A program made the position numbers and the translations under genes. 15,444 bases of DNA from an uncultured bacterium (GTDB lineage: Bacteria; CSSED10-310; CAZUFC01), in the NCBI GenBank assembly GCA_964619725.1, contig CAZUFC010000171.1, positions 1 to 15,444 of the forward strand, written 5' to 3'. The notes under the pieces were generated by a model. The model was not told where the DNA came from and ran no database searches. It saw nothing but the letters and a program-made list of their open reading frames with translations. The first letter of the stretch is position 1. Each line of letters begins with the position of its first letter. This document shows positions 1-9,300 of this stretch, piece after piece.

Positions 1-80
1 GGATTTTCACCTTCCGGGCGTCGATGAATGGTTTCAGGTTATTACATTGCCTTCCTCCTTTCACGAGCTTCTTGGCGTAC
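1..80 (-). mobile_element. Probable 5' end (start of domain I) of a group II intron; the rest lies beyond the left window edge
   Basis: The minus strand from position 80 reads GTACGCCAAGAAGCTCGTGAAAGGAGGAAGGCAATGTAATAACCTGAAACCATTCATCGACGCCCGGAAGGTGAAAATCC. This has a GUGYG-like start (GTACG) followed by CC, a purine-rich GAAAGGAGGAAG tract and a GGTGAAAaTCC motif, which I recognise as the usual layout of bacterial group II intron 5' ends. Domain V and the RT ORF are not in the window, so it cannot be confirmed here. Confidence 0.62.
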
Positions 81-119
81 TATGGACAAAAACCAGGTAA
101 ATGGGTGAGAAGGCAGACA

Positions 120-159
120 CCTATCAAAACCGCTTCCAGGCGGTGGCGGTTTTGATGGG
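120..159. repeat. Inverted repeat / stem-loop (14-bp stem with one G-T pair, 12-nt loop)
   Basis: CCTATCAAAACCGC (120-133) pairs with GCGGTTTTGATGGG (146-159). A perfect 12-bp palindrome CCCTATATAGGG follows at 174-185. Confidence 0.8.
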
Positions 160-201
160 ATTTTTCGATATAACCCTATATAGGGACCAGCCGGCACATT
201 T

Positions 202-498
202 GGCGTCAGAATCGGTATGGTCTATCGAAGGACCAAGAAATTCCTGAAACGCAAGGACCTTAAAAATAAAAAACTGGCCGTTTTTCTATCCAGCGGAATC
301 GCTGTCGAAAACCCGGAAAAATCAAAAGCTAAATTCCTCACGCCTCTCCTTAATAAATATAACCTGCACCCTGTTGCCTATGTTGCTTTACCCGGGAAAA
401 CTCCCGGACCCAAAGGAGAACTTCAGGACAAAACGGATGCAGAGCCGGCCAGGAATTGGGTAAAGGATTTATCCCGCAAATTGACGGAAGAAGGTTAA
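202..498 (+). pseudogene. 5'-truncated flavodoxin-like (Flavodoxin_5/HemG-like) gene, C-terminal portion only
   Basis: The frame reads GVRIGMVYRRTKKFLKRKDLKNKKLAVFLSSG...VAYVALPGK...DKTDAEPARNWVKDL, which matches the second half of short flavodoxin folds (G-I/V-x-x-G, KKxAxFxS, terminal D...W helix). There is an in-frame TAG at 181-183, and no N-terminal FMN-binding loop (Y-x-S/T-x-x-G-x-T) appears in any frame upstream. Confidence 0.6.
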
Positions 499-608
499 AA
501 ATGAGAAGTCGATTGAAAGAAAAAATCAGAGCTCCGGATGCTCTGTATGAACGCTATATCAATCCAGAATAAAAAGGGAACTTATCAAACACAGATTACA
601 TTTGACTC

Positions 609-644
609 AAAAAATAGGCGCCATGAAATGCTCATTAGCGCCTG
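609..644 (-). terminator. Possible intrinsic terminator-like hairpin
   Basis: The minus strand reads CAGGCGCTAATGAGCATTTCATGGCGCCTATTTTTT: an AGGCGC/GCGCCT stem with an inner ATGA/TCAT pair, followed by a T6 tract. No obvious minus-strand gene ends here. Confidence 0.3.
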
Positions 645-817
645 TCCGCTCTGGCATGCCGAATAAAAATGAGTTTGTGGACAGACGATCCCTGGTCAAA
701 GGGGAAATGATACGCTTATGCTGAGACGAAACAGAGTCGAATAAATGATGAAATATTCGGAAAAATTGTAACATCAAAAGAGGCATTTTTGATCAATTCC
801 AAAACCGGGACCACCAT

Positions 818-846
818 TTGACATTGTTTTTAAAAAACGTTAATAA
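818..846 (+). promoter_or_regulatory. Candidate sigma70-type promoter for the 948 gene
   Basis: Perfect TTGACA at 818-823, with an imperfect -10 (TAATAA) at 17-bp spacing, in an AT-rich intergenic region about 100 nt before the start. The spacer contains the dyad GTTTTTAAAAAAC (826-838). Confidence 0.35.
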
Positions 847-947
847 AAATAATGGCCCATAAGGGTAAACGGGATATACGGCTTCGTTTGACTCGTTAAA
901 ATTTTAAAAGACAAGAAATTTTAATCCTTCTTTTTTGGGAGAATTTG

Positions 948-3900
948 ATGAGTTTTACAATGAGATATTTCGAATTTAAAAAATTTTTACTTGCGTTGTT
1001 TTTGTCCTTTTCTTTAATTCTTTATTCAGGAATCACCGCAGAAGCCGCCTGGTACGATTCATCCTGGAATTATCGACAGCCAGTAACTATTTCCTCCGGC
1101 ATAACGGATTCGCATCTTTTGAATTTTCCTGTTCTTATAAAAATAGATGATGATTCGAATCCTCTTTTCACGAATGCCCAGTCCGACGGCGACGATATTT
1201 TATTTACGGAGAATGACGAAACCTCGAAACTCGATCATGAAATCGAATTATACGACGATTCTTCGGGAAAATTATTCGTATGGGTAAGAATTCCGACGCT
1301 TTCCAGTTCGTCAGACACAGTAATTTATATGTATTACGGAAATTCTTCCTGTGGAGATCAGCAAAACGTTACGGGAGTATGGGACAGTAACTTCGTCGGC
1401 GTGTGGCATTTGAACGAAACAAGCGGGACCATATATGACAGCACCTCAAATAATAATGACGGAACGGAAACTGTATCACCGGACAGCAACTTGAATGCTG
1501 CAGGCAAAGTTGCCGGTGCAGTTGATTTCGACGGTTCTGACGATTATATCTCCGTTTCTGACGCCGATTCTCTCCGTCCCGGTGACGTAACGCTCTCCGC
1601 CTGGTTTTATCCCGATGAAATGGACAATAACGATAAATGGACCATAGGGAAAATGTGCCGGGATATATGGGGCAATTATGATGCTTGCTCGTATGGCCTG
1701 CATGTCGACGGATATTCTGATAGTGATGATGTTCAAGGGGCAGCGCGTTGTGAGGATAACAGCAATCACACAGACGGCTACTGGGGTTATTTGGGGGCCC
1801 ATCAGAACTGGTATTACCTGACGATGACCTTTCAGGATTCGAACGATATTATTTCCACCTTTACGGACGGCGATCTGGCAGGCACAGAAGACCATGGTCA
1901 AAACTTGAGGTATACGAGTCCAAAAGCTCTATATTTCGCAGGGAACCACAGCGGAACCGGCGGCGGCATAAACAGATACTGGGACGGCAAGCTGGATGAA
2001 ATCAGAATATCGAATTCCGTACGTTCGGATGACTGGATACAAGCTTCTTATAATACGATGAACAGCCCTTCTTCTTATTTGACTATCGGAGACGAAACGT
2101 CAATGTATTCTCCCACGCCTGACGTTTCATCAACACCGACTCAAACTCCCACTGAAACGCCGACATTAAGCCCGACTGAATCGCCGACGCTGACGCCGAC
2201 TTTATCCCCGACCGTAACCCTGTCCCCCACTTTTTCTCCGACGTTGACTCCGACGATAACTTTGTCTCCCACCCACAGTCCGACCTTATCACCGACGCTG
2301 ACGCCTACTGAAACTCTGTCCCCGACCTTCAGCCCCACCAGCACGGTTACCTTAACGCCAACGATAACGCCGACGCCGACTCGTTCGCCCACTGTCCCTC
2401 CCACATTTACGCCGACGCCTACGGCCATGGGCACGAAAACCCCAACGCCCACATTCACCGCTACTTCCACTCCCGCACCCGACATCGTGCTCAGAAGCCA
2501 GGACATCCAGTTCGATCCTTCCTGTCCGGCAGAAAATGAAATGACGACGATTTACGCTACAGTGCACAACTGGGGCGATGAGATTTCGTCTGGATTTACG
2601 GTCCGCTTTTTCTCGAATGATGGTTCCGGACCGGTTCAGTTAGGAGACGACAAAATCGTCGCTCCTCTGGCGCCTGGAGCCTCGGAAACGTTAACCGAAA
2701 ACTGGACGGCGGCATGCGGAACGATCATTTCAACAGAAGCGGACGTTTACGACGAAGTTGCTGAATCCAATGAAACAAACAACGGCGGCGCTCGCAATGC
2801 TCCGATTATATATTGTGCAGACGCAGTAAATTTAACGCTTGAACCGGTTGAAGAGACGATTTCGATTGGCGAAGAGACCGAATTCGTCGTTACGGTCGAA
2901 AACGACAATATGGGTCCGGATACATTCGACCTGACGGTTAGCGGTTCACTGCCGGTTTCCTGGCATGAACTCGATGAAAACCCGCTCGTTCTGACCGCCG
3001 GAGAAACCGGCGAATCGGTTTTGAGTATAACGGTTCCCAATGACTGTGCGGAGATCGGAACATATCCTTTCCAGATAGAAGCGGCATCGCAGCAGATGGG
3101 TGAAAACTACGACGTTGCGGGATTGCTGGAGACGACCGGGGTTGTCGACATAAGCATGCGGCATCCCGGAAACGGCAGCAAAACGGGAAGCCGCGACGTC
3201 ACTTTAAGCTGGCATACGTCGGTGGAAGCCGACTCGACGCTGTATTATCGCGAATCAGGCGCAGGCGATTGGACGGAAGCTATGGTCGGACAGGGCTTGA
3301 TGCAGCATCAGCTCGATCTGGAGAACCTGACCCGAAACACCACATATCAGTGGTACGTGGAAATCGATTCCCTGTGCGGTTCCACGACTTCCAGCACATG
3401 GACCTTTACAATCGGAAACGGAGTCGTTTTCGATCAGAATTCCTACCTGTTTACCGTGGAAAGGGATTACGATCAGCGCAGACAGGTTTCGGTATATAAT
3501 GAAGATGTGGTGAGCCATGAAGTGCAACTTCACATCGAGAATCCCAACGATGATATTATTGTGAACTTCGTAGGACCGGGAAGCGAGGATGAAACGGTTA
3601 TTCTCGCCGGCGGGGAGACGGCTGATATAGAACTGGCGATACACGCTCAGGATGTCGAAGGCGACGGAGAGTCCAAACCGGTGGAGATATGTTTCGACAA
3701 TATAGTATTAACGTTGACTGCGGATGAAGAAGATGACCCGATTACCGACAGCGCTCCGGCGACTATATGCGTCGAATGGCCTGACATTAATTTTACGATA
3801 ACGGAAGAATATTCCGATCCCGTTTCGCTGGTAAAAACATGTCGTGCGACCAACTCAGGAGATCTCCTGACGGATATGACCGTGACGTCTGAAAACGGAT

Positions 3901-5558
3901 TGTCCGGACGCACCTTGTTCGTGCCCAAAGTCGAGCATATGAAGCTGGAAAACGGAGAACACATCGATTTTTATGTCGAACCGCTCTTTCAGCCGGGAGA
4001 TTCCACGCTTTCCGGCGAAGTGTGCGGAGAAGCTGCGGGAGTGCAGGAATGTCTGCCGCTTGTCTTCGATTGCGTGCCTCCCCGAAACATTTATGAAGTC
4101 GTGGTGGCTGAACCGGAATTATGTTACAGCATGGCGGGATGGTTCTGCACGAACAGGCCGAGGATATCGATGCATTTCGACGTATCGCTTGAGATGGAAG
4201 AAGTGGTCACTGCCGCCATATTTACGGAATTCCGGCCGCGGTCCAACGCTCGTCCCCATTTCGTGGATTTATTCATCAACGGCCATTTGATCGGCGAACT
4301 GAACGACATCATTCCCGACGGAGTTTACGGATTCGCTTTCGATCCGGCCTATTTGAATATATCTCCCAACGGGTCGGCTTCCAACACATTTTCCATCCGC
4401 ACACAGCACTTCAACGGCGGTCATTACATCGTATCCACCAATTCTCTGGCCGTTCTGACGATGGAAGCTACCACTCTTTACGTATGCGCCGACGACCAGG
4501 ACCAGGCCGACGACATAGCCGAATCGCTGCCGCATTTCTGCCAGGGATACACTTTCGATCTCGATCCGAGAATCCAGACCGTCGAAATACTGAACTCAGA
4601 TGAAGAACCGACCGATGTGTTCTATCCCGGCGAAATTGCGAAGATAAGAGTCAGGACCGAGAATCCTCACCCCTTCTACAGCTTCAACACGACGTATACT
4701 CTGAAGATCGACACGGACGGAGATACGGGAACAGCCGAATACGACAGTCATCTCGCAGATGAAGACTGGATAACGACACTGGAACACAATGCAGACGTTT
4801 ACCACACATGGGATTGGACCGTCCCCGGCGGCTCCCCTGAGATTCAACTGACCGTGGAGGCGCATGAAACGGCCGATTATGCCAATTGCTACGATTGCCC
4901 CGGATGGAACTGGGATTTCCACGTAGGCGGCGGCATAACCGGATACGTCAGGGAAGCGAACAATCTGCAGCCTATCGAAGGCGCTACGGTTACGGCTTCA
5001 GGAGGCTACTCCGATCCGGACGGCAGCGATGCTGCAGGCTATTACGAAATCAGACGCTTACCAAACGGCGTCTATGACGTAACCGCCGGCGCCCAGGGTT
5101 TCGTCCCTCAAACCCTCCAATATCTGAACGTACAAAGCGACATTCTCGTCAACCAGGACTTTGAGCTGCTTACGCCGACCGTTACGCCTACGCCGACTGT
5201 GACGAATACGCCGACCATAACCAATACGCCGACTATCACTCAAACGCCAACGCTCTCGCCGACGCAAACTCTCTCTCCCACACCAACGATCTCCTCCACA
5301 CCGACAATACCGCCGACTCAAACCGCTTCCCCTACAACATCCCCTACGATTTCTCCCTCGCCGACATACACATCAACTCCTTCGCCCACATTTACCTTTT
5401 CACCAACCTTAACGCCGACTTCTCCCACGCCCACGACAACAACCACACCGACCGTGCCGCCCATTCCCGCCTTAACCAGCGCCGGAATTTCGCTCCTGAT
5501 CATCCTGGTCGGATGCTGTTTCGCCTTTGCTCGCTTTAAGACTCTCAAGGATATTTAA
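948..5558 (+). CDS. Large modular cell-surface protein (~1536 aa): signal peptide, DUF2341, LamG/concanavalin-like, PT linker, CARDB, Ig-like/FN3-like domains, unassigned Cys/His domain, carboxypeptidase-regulatory-like domain, PT linker, IPTL-CTERM-like anchor
   Basis: Long ORF. GGGAGA at 937-942 precedes ATG 948 (TTG 945 and ATG 960 are alternatives). Signal peptide [27 protein letters not shown]2341-type motifs [16 protein letters not shown]...LDHEIE, WVRIP...IYMYYGN. LamG-type motifs [38 protein letters not shown]-type PDIV...IYATVHNWG...VAESNETNN (from 2481). GGITGYV...PIEGATV...[15 protein letters not shown] (from ~4929). C-terminal IPAL + hydrophobic helix + basic tail. Confidence 0.93.
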   Translation: MSFTMRYFEFKKFLLALFLSFSLILYSGITAEAAWYDSSWNYRQPVTISSGITDSHLLNFPVLIKIDDDSNPLFTNAQSDGDDILFTENDETSKLDHEIELYDDSSGKLFVWVRIPTLSSSSDTVIYMYYGNSSCGDQQNVTGVWDSNFVGVWHLNETSGTIYDSTSNNNDGTETVSPDSNLNAAGKVAGAVDFDGSDDYISVSDADSLRPGDVTLSAWFYPDEMDNNDKWTIGKMCRDIWGNYDACSYGLHVDGYSDSDDVQGAARCEDNSNHTDGYWGYLGAHQNWYYLTMTFQDSNDIISTFTDGDLAGTEDHGQNLRYTSPKALYFAGNHSGTGGGINRYWDGKLDEIRISNSVRSDDWIQASYNTMNSPSSYLTIGDETSMYSPTPDVSSTPTQTPTETPTLSPTESPTLTPTLSPTVTLSPTFSPTLTPTITLSPTHSPTLSPTLTPTETLSPTFSPTSTVTLTPTITPTPTRSPTVPPTFTPTPTAMGTKTPTPTFTATSTPAPDIVLRSQDIQFDPSCPAENEMTTIYATVHNWGDEISSGFTVRFFSNDGSGPVQLGDDKIVAPLAPGASETLTENWTAACGTIISTEADVYDEVAESNETNNGGARNAPIIYCADAVNLTLEPVEETISIGEETEFVVTVENDNMGPDTFDLTVSGSLPVSWHELDENPLVLTAGETGESVLSITVPNDCAEIGTYPFQIEAASQQMGENYDVAGLLETTGVVDISMRHPGNGSKTGSRDVTLSWHTSVEADSTLYYRESGAGDWTEAMVGQGLMQHQLDLENLTRNTTYQWYVEIDSLCGSTTSSTWTFTIGNGVVFDQNSYLFTVERDYDQRRQVSVYNEDVVSHEVQLHIENPNDDIIVNFVGPGSEDETVILAGGETADIELAIHAQDVEGDGESKPVEICFDNIVLTLTADEEDDPITDSAPATICVEWPDINFTITEEYSDPVSLVKTCRATNSGDLLTDMTVTSENGLSGRTLFVPKVEHMKLENGEHIDFYVEPLFQPGDSTLSGEVCGEAAGVQECLPLVFDCVPPRNIYEVVVAEPELCYSMAGWFCTNRPRISMHFDVSLEMEEVVTAAIFTEFRPRSNARPHFVDLFINGHLIGELNDIIPDGVYGFAFDPAYLNISPNGSASNTFSIRTQHFNGGHYIVSTNSLAVLTMEATTLYVCADDQDQADDIAESLPHFCQGYTFDLDPRIQTVEILNSDEEPTDVFYPGEIAKIRVRTENPHPFYSFNTTYTLKIDTDGDTGTAEYDSHLADEDWITTLEHNADVYHTWDWTVPGGSPEIQLTVEAHETADYANCYDCPGWNWDFHVGGGITGYVREANNLQPIEGATVTASGGYSDPDGSDAAGYYEIRRLPNGVYDVTAGAQGFVPQTLQYLNVQSDILVNQDFELLTPTVTPTPTVTNTPTITNTPTITQTPTLSPTQTLSPTPTISSTPTIPPTQTASPTTSPTISPSPTYTSTPSPTFTFSPTLTPTSPTPTTTTTPTVPPIPALTSAGISLLIILVGCCFAFARFKTLKDI
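2109..2480 (+). repeat. Low-complexity Pro/Thr/Ser linker (xxPT repeats) within the CDS
   Basis: [35 protein letters not shown]...TPAP, about 124 codons with degenerate codon usage. Confidence 0.9.
5172..5462 (+). repeat. Low-complexity Pro/Thr/Ser stalk preceding the C-terminal anchor
   Basis: [31 protein letters not shown]...TTTTPTVPP, about 97 codons. Confidence 0.9.
5463..5558 (+). other. IPTL-CTERM-like protein sorting signal
   Basis: [31 protein letters not shown]: IPxLxxxG motif, transmembrane helix, basic residues, then stop. It lacks the Trp of the canonical IPTLxxWG. Confidence 0.75.
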
Positions 5559-5653
5559 TCGCCGATCGGGTGTAGTGAAATACAAGTAAATTCATTTCTG
5601 TTCAGGTAACTATGTGAACCCATGGGCAGACGAAAGAACTCAAACGTTTTCGG

Positions 5654-6112
5654 TTGCCTGTAGCGTTTCAAGGATTGTCTTCTTATTGCAATAATCCTCC
5701 CGCTACCCCTACCCATACTCCGGTTCCCGCTTCTCCGACACCGGAACCGACCATACCTTTAGGCATCGATCTGATTCTATCAAGCCGTTACTTTTCACCG
5801 AATGATATCTTCAACCTGACTGCTGAATTATCCAACCCCGGACCCGAAACTTACGAACAAATTCCGCTTGTGATCCTTCTCGAAGCATCAGGCATTTTCT
5901 TCTGGCGCCCGAATTGGAGCGAAAATTTTGATTTCGAATTGATCGATCTCGACATAGGGATAACCTCAAAATTAATCCTGGAATTCACATGGCCGGATAC
6001 CGGCGCTTCCCAAATGACCGGATTGATGTTCTGTGGAGCGTTTCTCGATGAGCAGATGACGGAAATCCTGGGCCTGTTCGATTGCGAAATGTGGGAATAC
6101 GGACCCTCATGA
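5654..6112 (+). pseudogene. Orphan 3' remnant of a secreted-protein gene: PT linker plus a ~120-aa C-terminal beta-sandwich-like domain
   Basis: TTG start with no RBS and no signal peptide; the frame is open back only to TGA at 5615-5617. It encodes PATPTHTPVPASPTPEPT followed by LGIDL...FSPND...SNPGP...PLVILLE..G.FF..P.W...ILEFTWP...FCGAFLD..MTEILG...WEYG, which reads like a terminal domain following a linker. Confidence 0.6.
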
Positions 6113-6348
6113 TGTAATCGAAAAGAGGCATTAATCAAATATCCGTGTTTCGCGGTTAAGATTTTCGCAGGCTAGAATAATTGAGAAGCCCTGACAATCT
6201 GATAAAGACGAAACAAATCTCCTCGTAATTATTTATTCCGGTTGCAACAGCTCCCCCGACCCCGATACCGCAATAAACGCGCCTTGATGAAACAAACAGC
6301 GGTGAATTCGTCCAACATTAAATTGAGGATTAGTTTCAGCTTGGTAAG

Positions 6349-6373
6349 AGGGATATCGCTCTCCCTGTTTTTT
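6349..6373 (+). terminator. Weak terminator-like hairpin between convergent genes
   Basis: AGGGA-tatcgctc-TCCCT followed by G and T6, 17 nt from the stop of the minus-strand gene. The stem is only 5 bp. Confidence 0.25.
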
Positions 6374-6390
6374 ATCTTAACAATTCAACT

Positions 6391-9300
6391 TTACGGCAAA
6401 CAATCTATCCCCCTTTTTACAATTCTCATTATTTCCGGCGCCTCCTGTTCCTCTAATGAAACGCCCGTAATGCCGGGGACGAGCCCCAGCGGCGTTTTAT
6501 CGCCGGTCAGGCTTTGCAGGTGGACCTTTTTTAACGGGAAGGTCAGTTTCATCAACATGTTTTCTCCGTTCCGGATATTATGTCCTTCCTGGCTGGGCAT
6601 GGCGCCGCGGCTGTAGTGATAGGCGGTTCCGTTGCAGTCGTAATCGTTTTCCCGTGAGAAATCGGTTGTGTTTCGGTGCAGGTAATCTTTTTCTCTTACG
6701 GGTTGTCCCAGGTATTGCTCATCGTAGGCGATTAATGCATCAACGGCCAGGATTCTTCCGGGCATTTCCGCGTTCAGTATCAGTTCTACCGTAATGAAGG
6801 CCTGGTTGCTCAATTCGCTGTATTCAGTAATCTTCAGTTCCAATTCGTTCAAGTTCAGAACATATCCTTCGGCGCGGGATTTACCGTTGATGTCCGGGAC
6901 GAAGGAGAGACGACCGTTCTGGTTGAGCCAAATGGAATAGTCGGCTGAATTGATAACGTCGTCGTCGTTGAAATCGCTCAGATCGTCCCAGTTGGGATCG
7001 GTCGGGATGCTGCCGTTGGCTACGAGCCATCTAACGAAATCTCCTGATGCGTTGACGAATCCGTCTCCATTCGCATCGCCTCCTCTAATGGCCAGCATAT
7101 CGTCGGCTTCCGGGCCCAAAGGCTCGAAGCCGTATGCCTGTATATAGTACGGGCTGTTTACATCGGAAAGGTTTACCGTCGTTTTGCCCACATAGGTGAA
7201 GTGCAGTCTTTCGCTGGTTATTACGCTGAGGTGATTTTTATGATCCACGAAGAGGTAATAATCGCCGCCCTGGTATCCAGTCATGGTCAAGTCGCCTGTA
7301 TTGCCGTTCGCGTCGAGAGGAACCTCTTCTATCCGGGCGTAGACGTGGACGGCTGTGTCTGGAGAGCTGCCTTGTCTGAGTTCTATATCTATCGATGCGG
7401 GCGCCTGTGAGCCTGAAGAATATATCCCGTCTATGAAGATCGTTAGGTTCAGGATGGGTTCCCCGGAGAATTCATCCGCTCCGATGTCGAATTCGCCTTC
7501 CAGCGGTCTGTCGTGTCCATCGTAGTCCCTGTCCGTCAGGTCATATTCCATCAGGAAGGCTCCGGCGTTGACGCAGGGTGACGTTTCATGAATGTGGTAA
7601 TCTTTGTTTCCCACGAATTGCGGATCATCCGGGATGTTGCCTTCCCCGGCATCACCATCGCTGACTGCGCAGTGGACGGAATCGACGCCGTACAAGTCGT
7701 CATTGTGGTTCCATACTATGCAGTTGGTAATTTCCAGGTTTCCGGAATTTTTGTATATTCCGTAACTGATGTTGTCCGCTATGGTGTCGTGATATATCCG
7801 AACCTTTTCACCCGAAGAGTTGCAATAGATGCCATAACCCTGGTTATTGGCAATAAAGCAGTCGACTACTTTCAAAGGATCGTTTGAGCCGATGTAAATG
7901 CCGTCGCCTACGGTGAAGTGGTCGGGGCTGCCCCAGGCATCATTGTCGCTGATTAATACACGATGAACAGTAACTTCAGCCGCTCCTCCCGCGATATAAA
8001 CGCCTCCGCCGTAGGAGTATCCGAGTTGCTGACTGTTTCCTGAGGCGTATGATTCTCCTTTGTTGTCCGTAATGAGGACGGATTCGTGAATAACGGCGCT
8101 TGCCCCGGAATCGACAGCCACGGCTCCGCCGTATGTGTTGCCGTAGGCGCGCCCGGAGCTTGCCTGTTCCCGGGCTGAAGCGTAAGCCGTATTTTCCATG
8201 AAGGCGCTGCGTCTGATTTCCGTTTGTGAGTTTGAAGCGCAGAACAACCCTCCGCCGTATGAATAAGCGTAAGCGCGATAGGAGCTTGCGGTATTTTCGC
8301 AATAGGAATAAGCGATATTATTGCGGAAGAAGTTGGATTCGAGAGTCAAATCGCTGTTTTCGCCTGCATATACAGCGCCGCCGTAGGAATATACGTAAAG
8401 GTAGTTGCCGTAAGAAGCGATTATTTCAACATGGGCTTCATTCCCAATGAATTTATTGTCATACAGCAGGGAATTGCCTTCCAGATAAAGAGCGCCGCCT
8501 TTTGCTGCAGCATCCCGTCCGATTGCGGTTGCGGAATTTGCTGAGAAGGCGTTTGAAAAAATGACCGGCGATGCATCGTCAGCGCAGTAAATGGCTCCGC
8601 CCATTTTAACAGCGGATGTTCCTGAGCCGGAAGCGCCATTGCCGGTAAACTCATTGTTGCTGATAACCAGTGTATCATCGGTATCGAAGCATGCGACAGC
8701 CCCGCCGGCCATCGGCGCCGTGTTCGATTCAAAGGAACAGGAATCGACAGACGTCAGACCGCACGATTGGATATGCAAGGCGCCGCCATAACCTTCGGAG
8801 GTTAGGACGACCTGGTTATCCAGGAATCTACAGCCGGTGATACGCACATCATAGCAATGAGCGAAAAACGCGCCGCCTCCCCGCGCCAGGTTGCCGTTTT
8901 CTCCGGCCGTGTTGGATTCAATGACGCAGTCTTTCATCATTATATGGCGGGACGAGTAACATGAGATGCCTCCCCCGTAATACTGCCTTCCGTTCATTAT
9001 TGCGAAACCGTCTATCGTCGTGTTGGAAGCGTTGTTTATAATGACCGCGGCATCCAGACGCCTGCCGTTGATGATCGTGGTATGAATCGAAGGGTCTCTG
9101 AGCCCTCCGCCTGAAGGATACCCTCCCAGAAGAGTGATATCGCCTGCCAAAAGAAGGTTTTCTTTATATTCTCCTTCTGCAGTATGAATGAAGCCGCCTG
9201 AAACCGCTGCATCCAAAGCTGCAGTGATGCTCGCTTTAGCTGCAACCCAGCTCAATCCGTCGTTTCCGTCGTCACCGTTAATCTGATCGACATAATATTC

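Noticed and set aside
167-187. DITLYRD peptide (PyrR-like motif) in a short + frame starting at 101
   Set aside because: The flanking residues show no PRTase/PyrR similarity, the frame is under 50 codons, and it overlaps a DNA palindrome. Judged coincidental.
499-944. Intergenic region examined for a riboswitch, ncRNA or small gene (23-codon ORF at 501)
   Set aside because: No recognisable aptamer consensus (for example c-di-GMP GEMM motifs) was seen, and the short ORF has no supporting features.
2109-2480. Repetitive DNA considered as a CRISPR array or DGR repeat
   Set aside because: The repeats are degenerate codon-level xxPT patterns. There are no identical direct repeats with unique spacers and no TR/VR pair differing only at adenines.
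2141-2506. Val/Gly-rich ORFs antisense to PT linkers (also 5318..5548 and 14978..15319)
   Set aside because: These are shadow frames: the reverse complement of Pro/Thr/Ser codons gives VGVG-type sequence without stops.
6242-6616. 124-aa + strand ORF
   Set aside because: It has a TTG start, overlaps the 3' end of the giant minus-strand gene antisense, and has no recognisable protein features.
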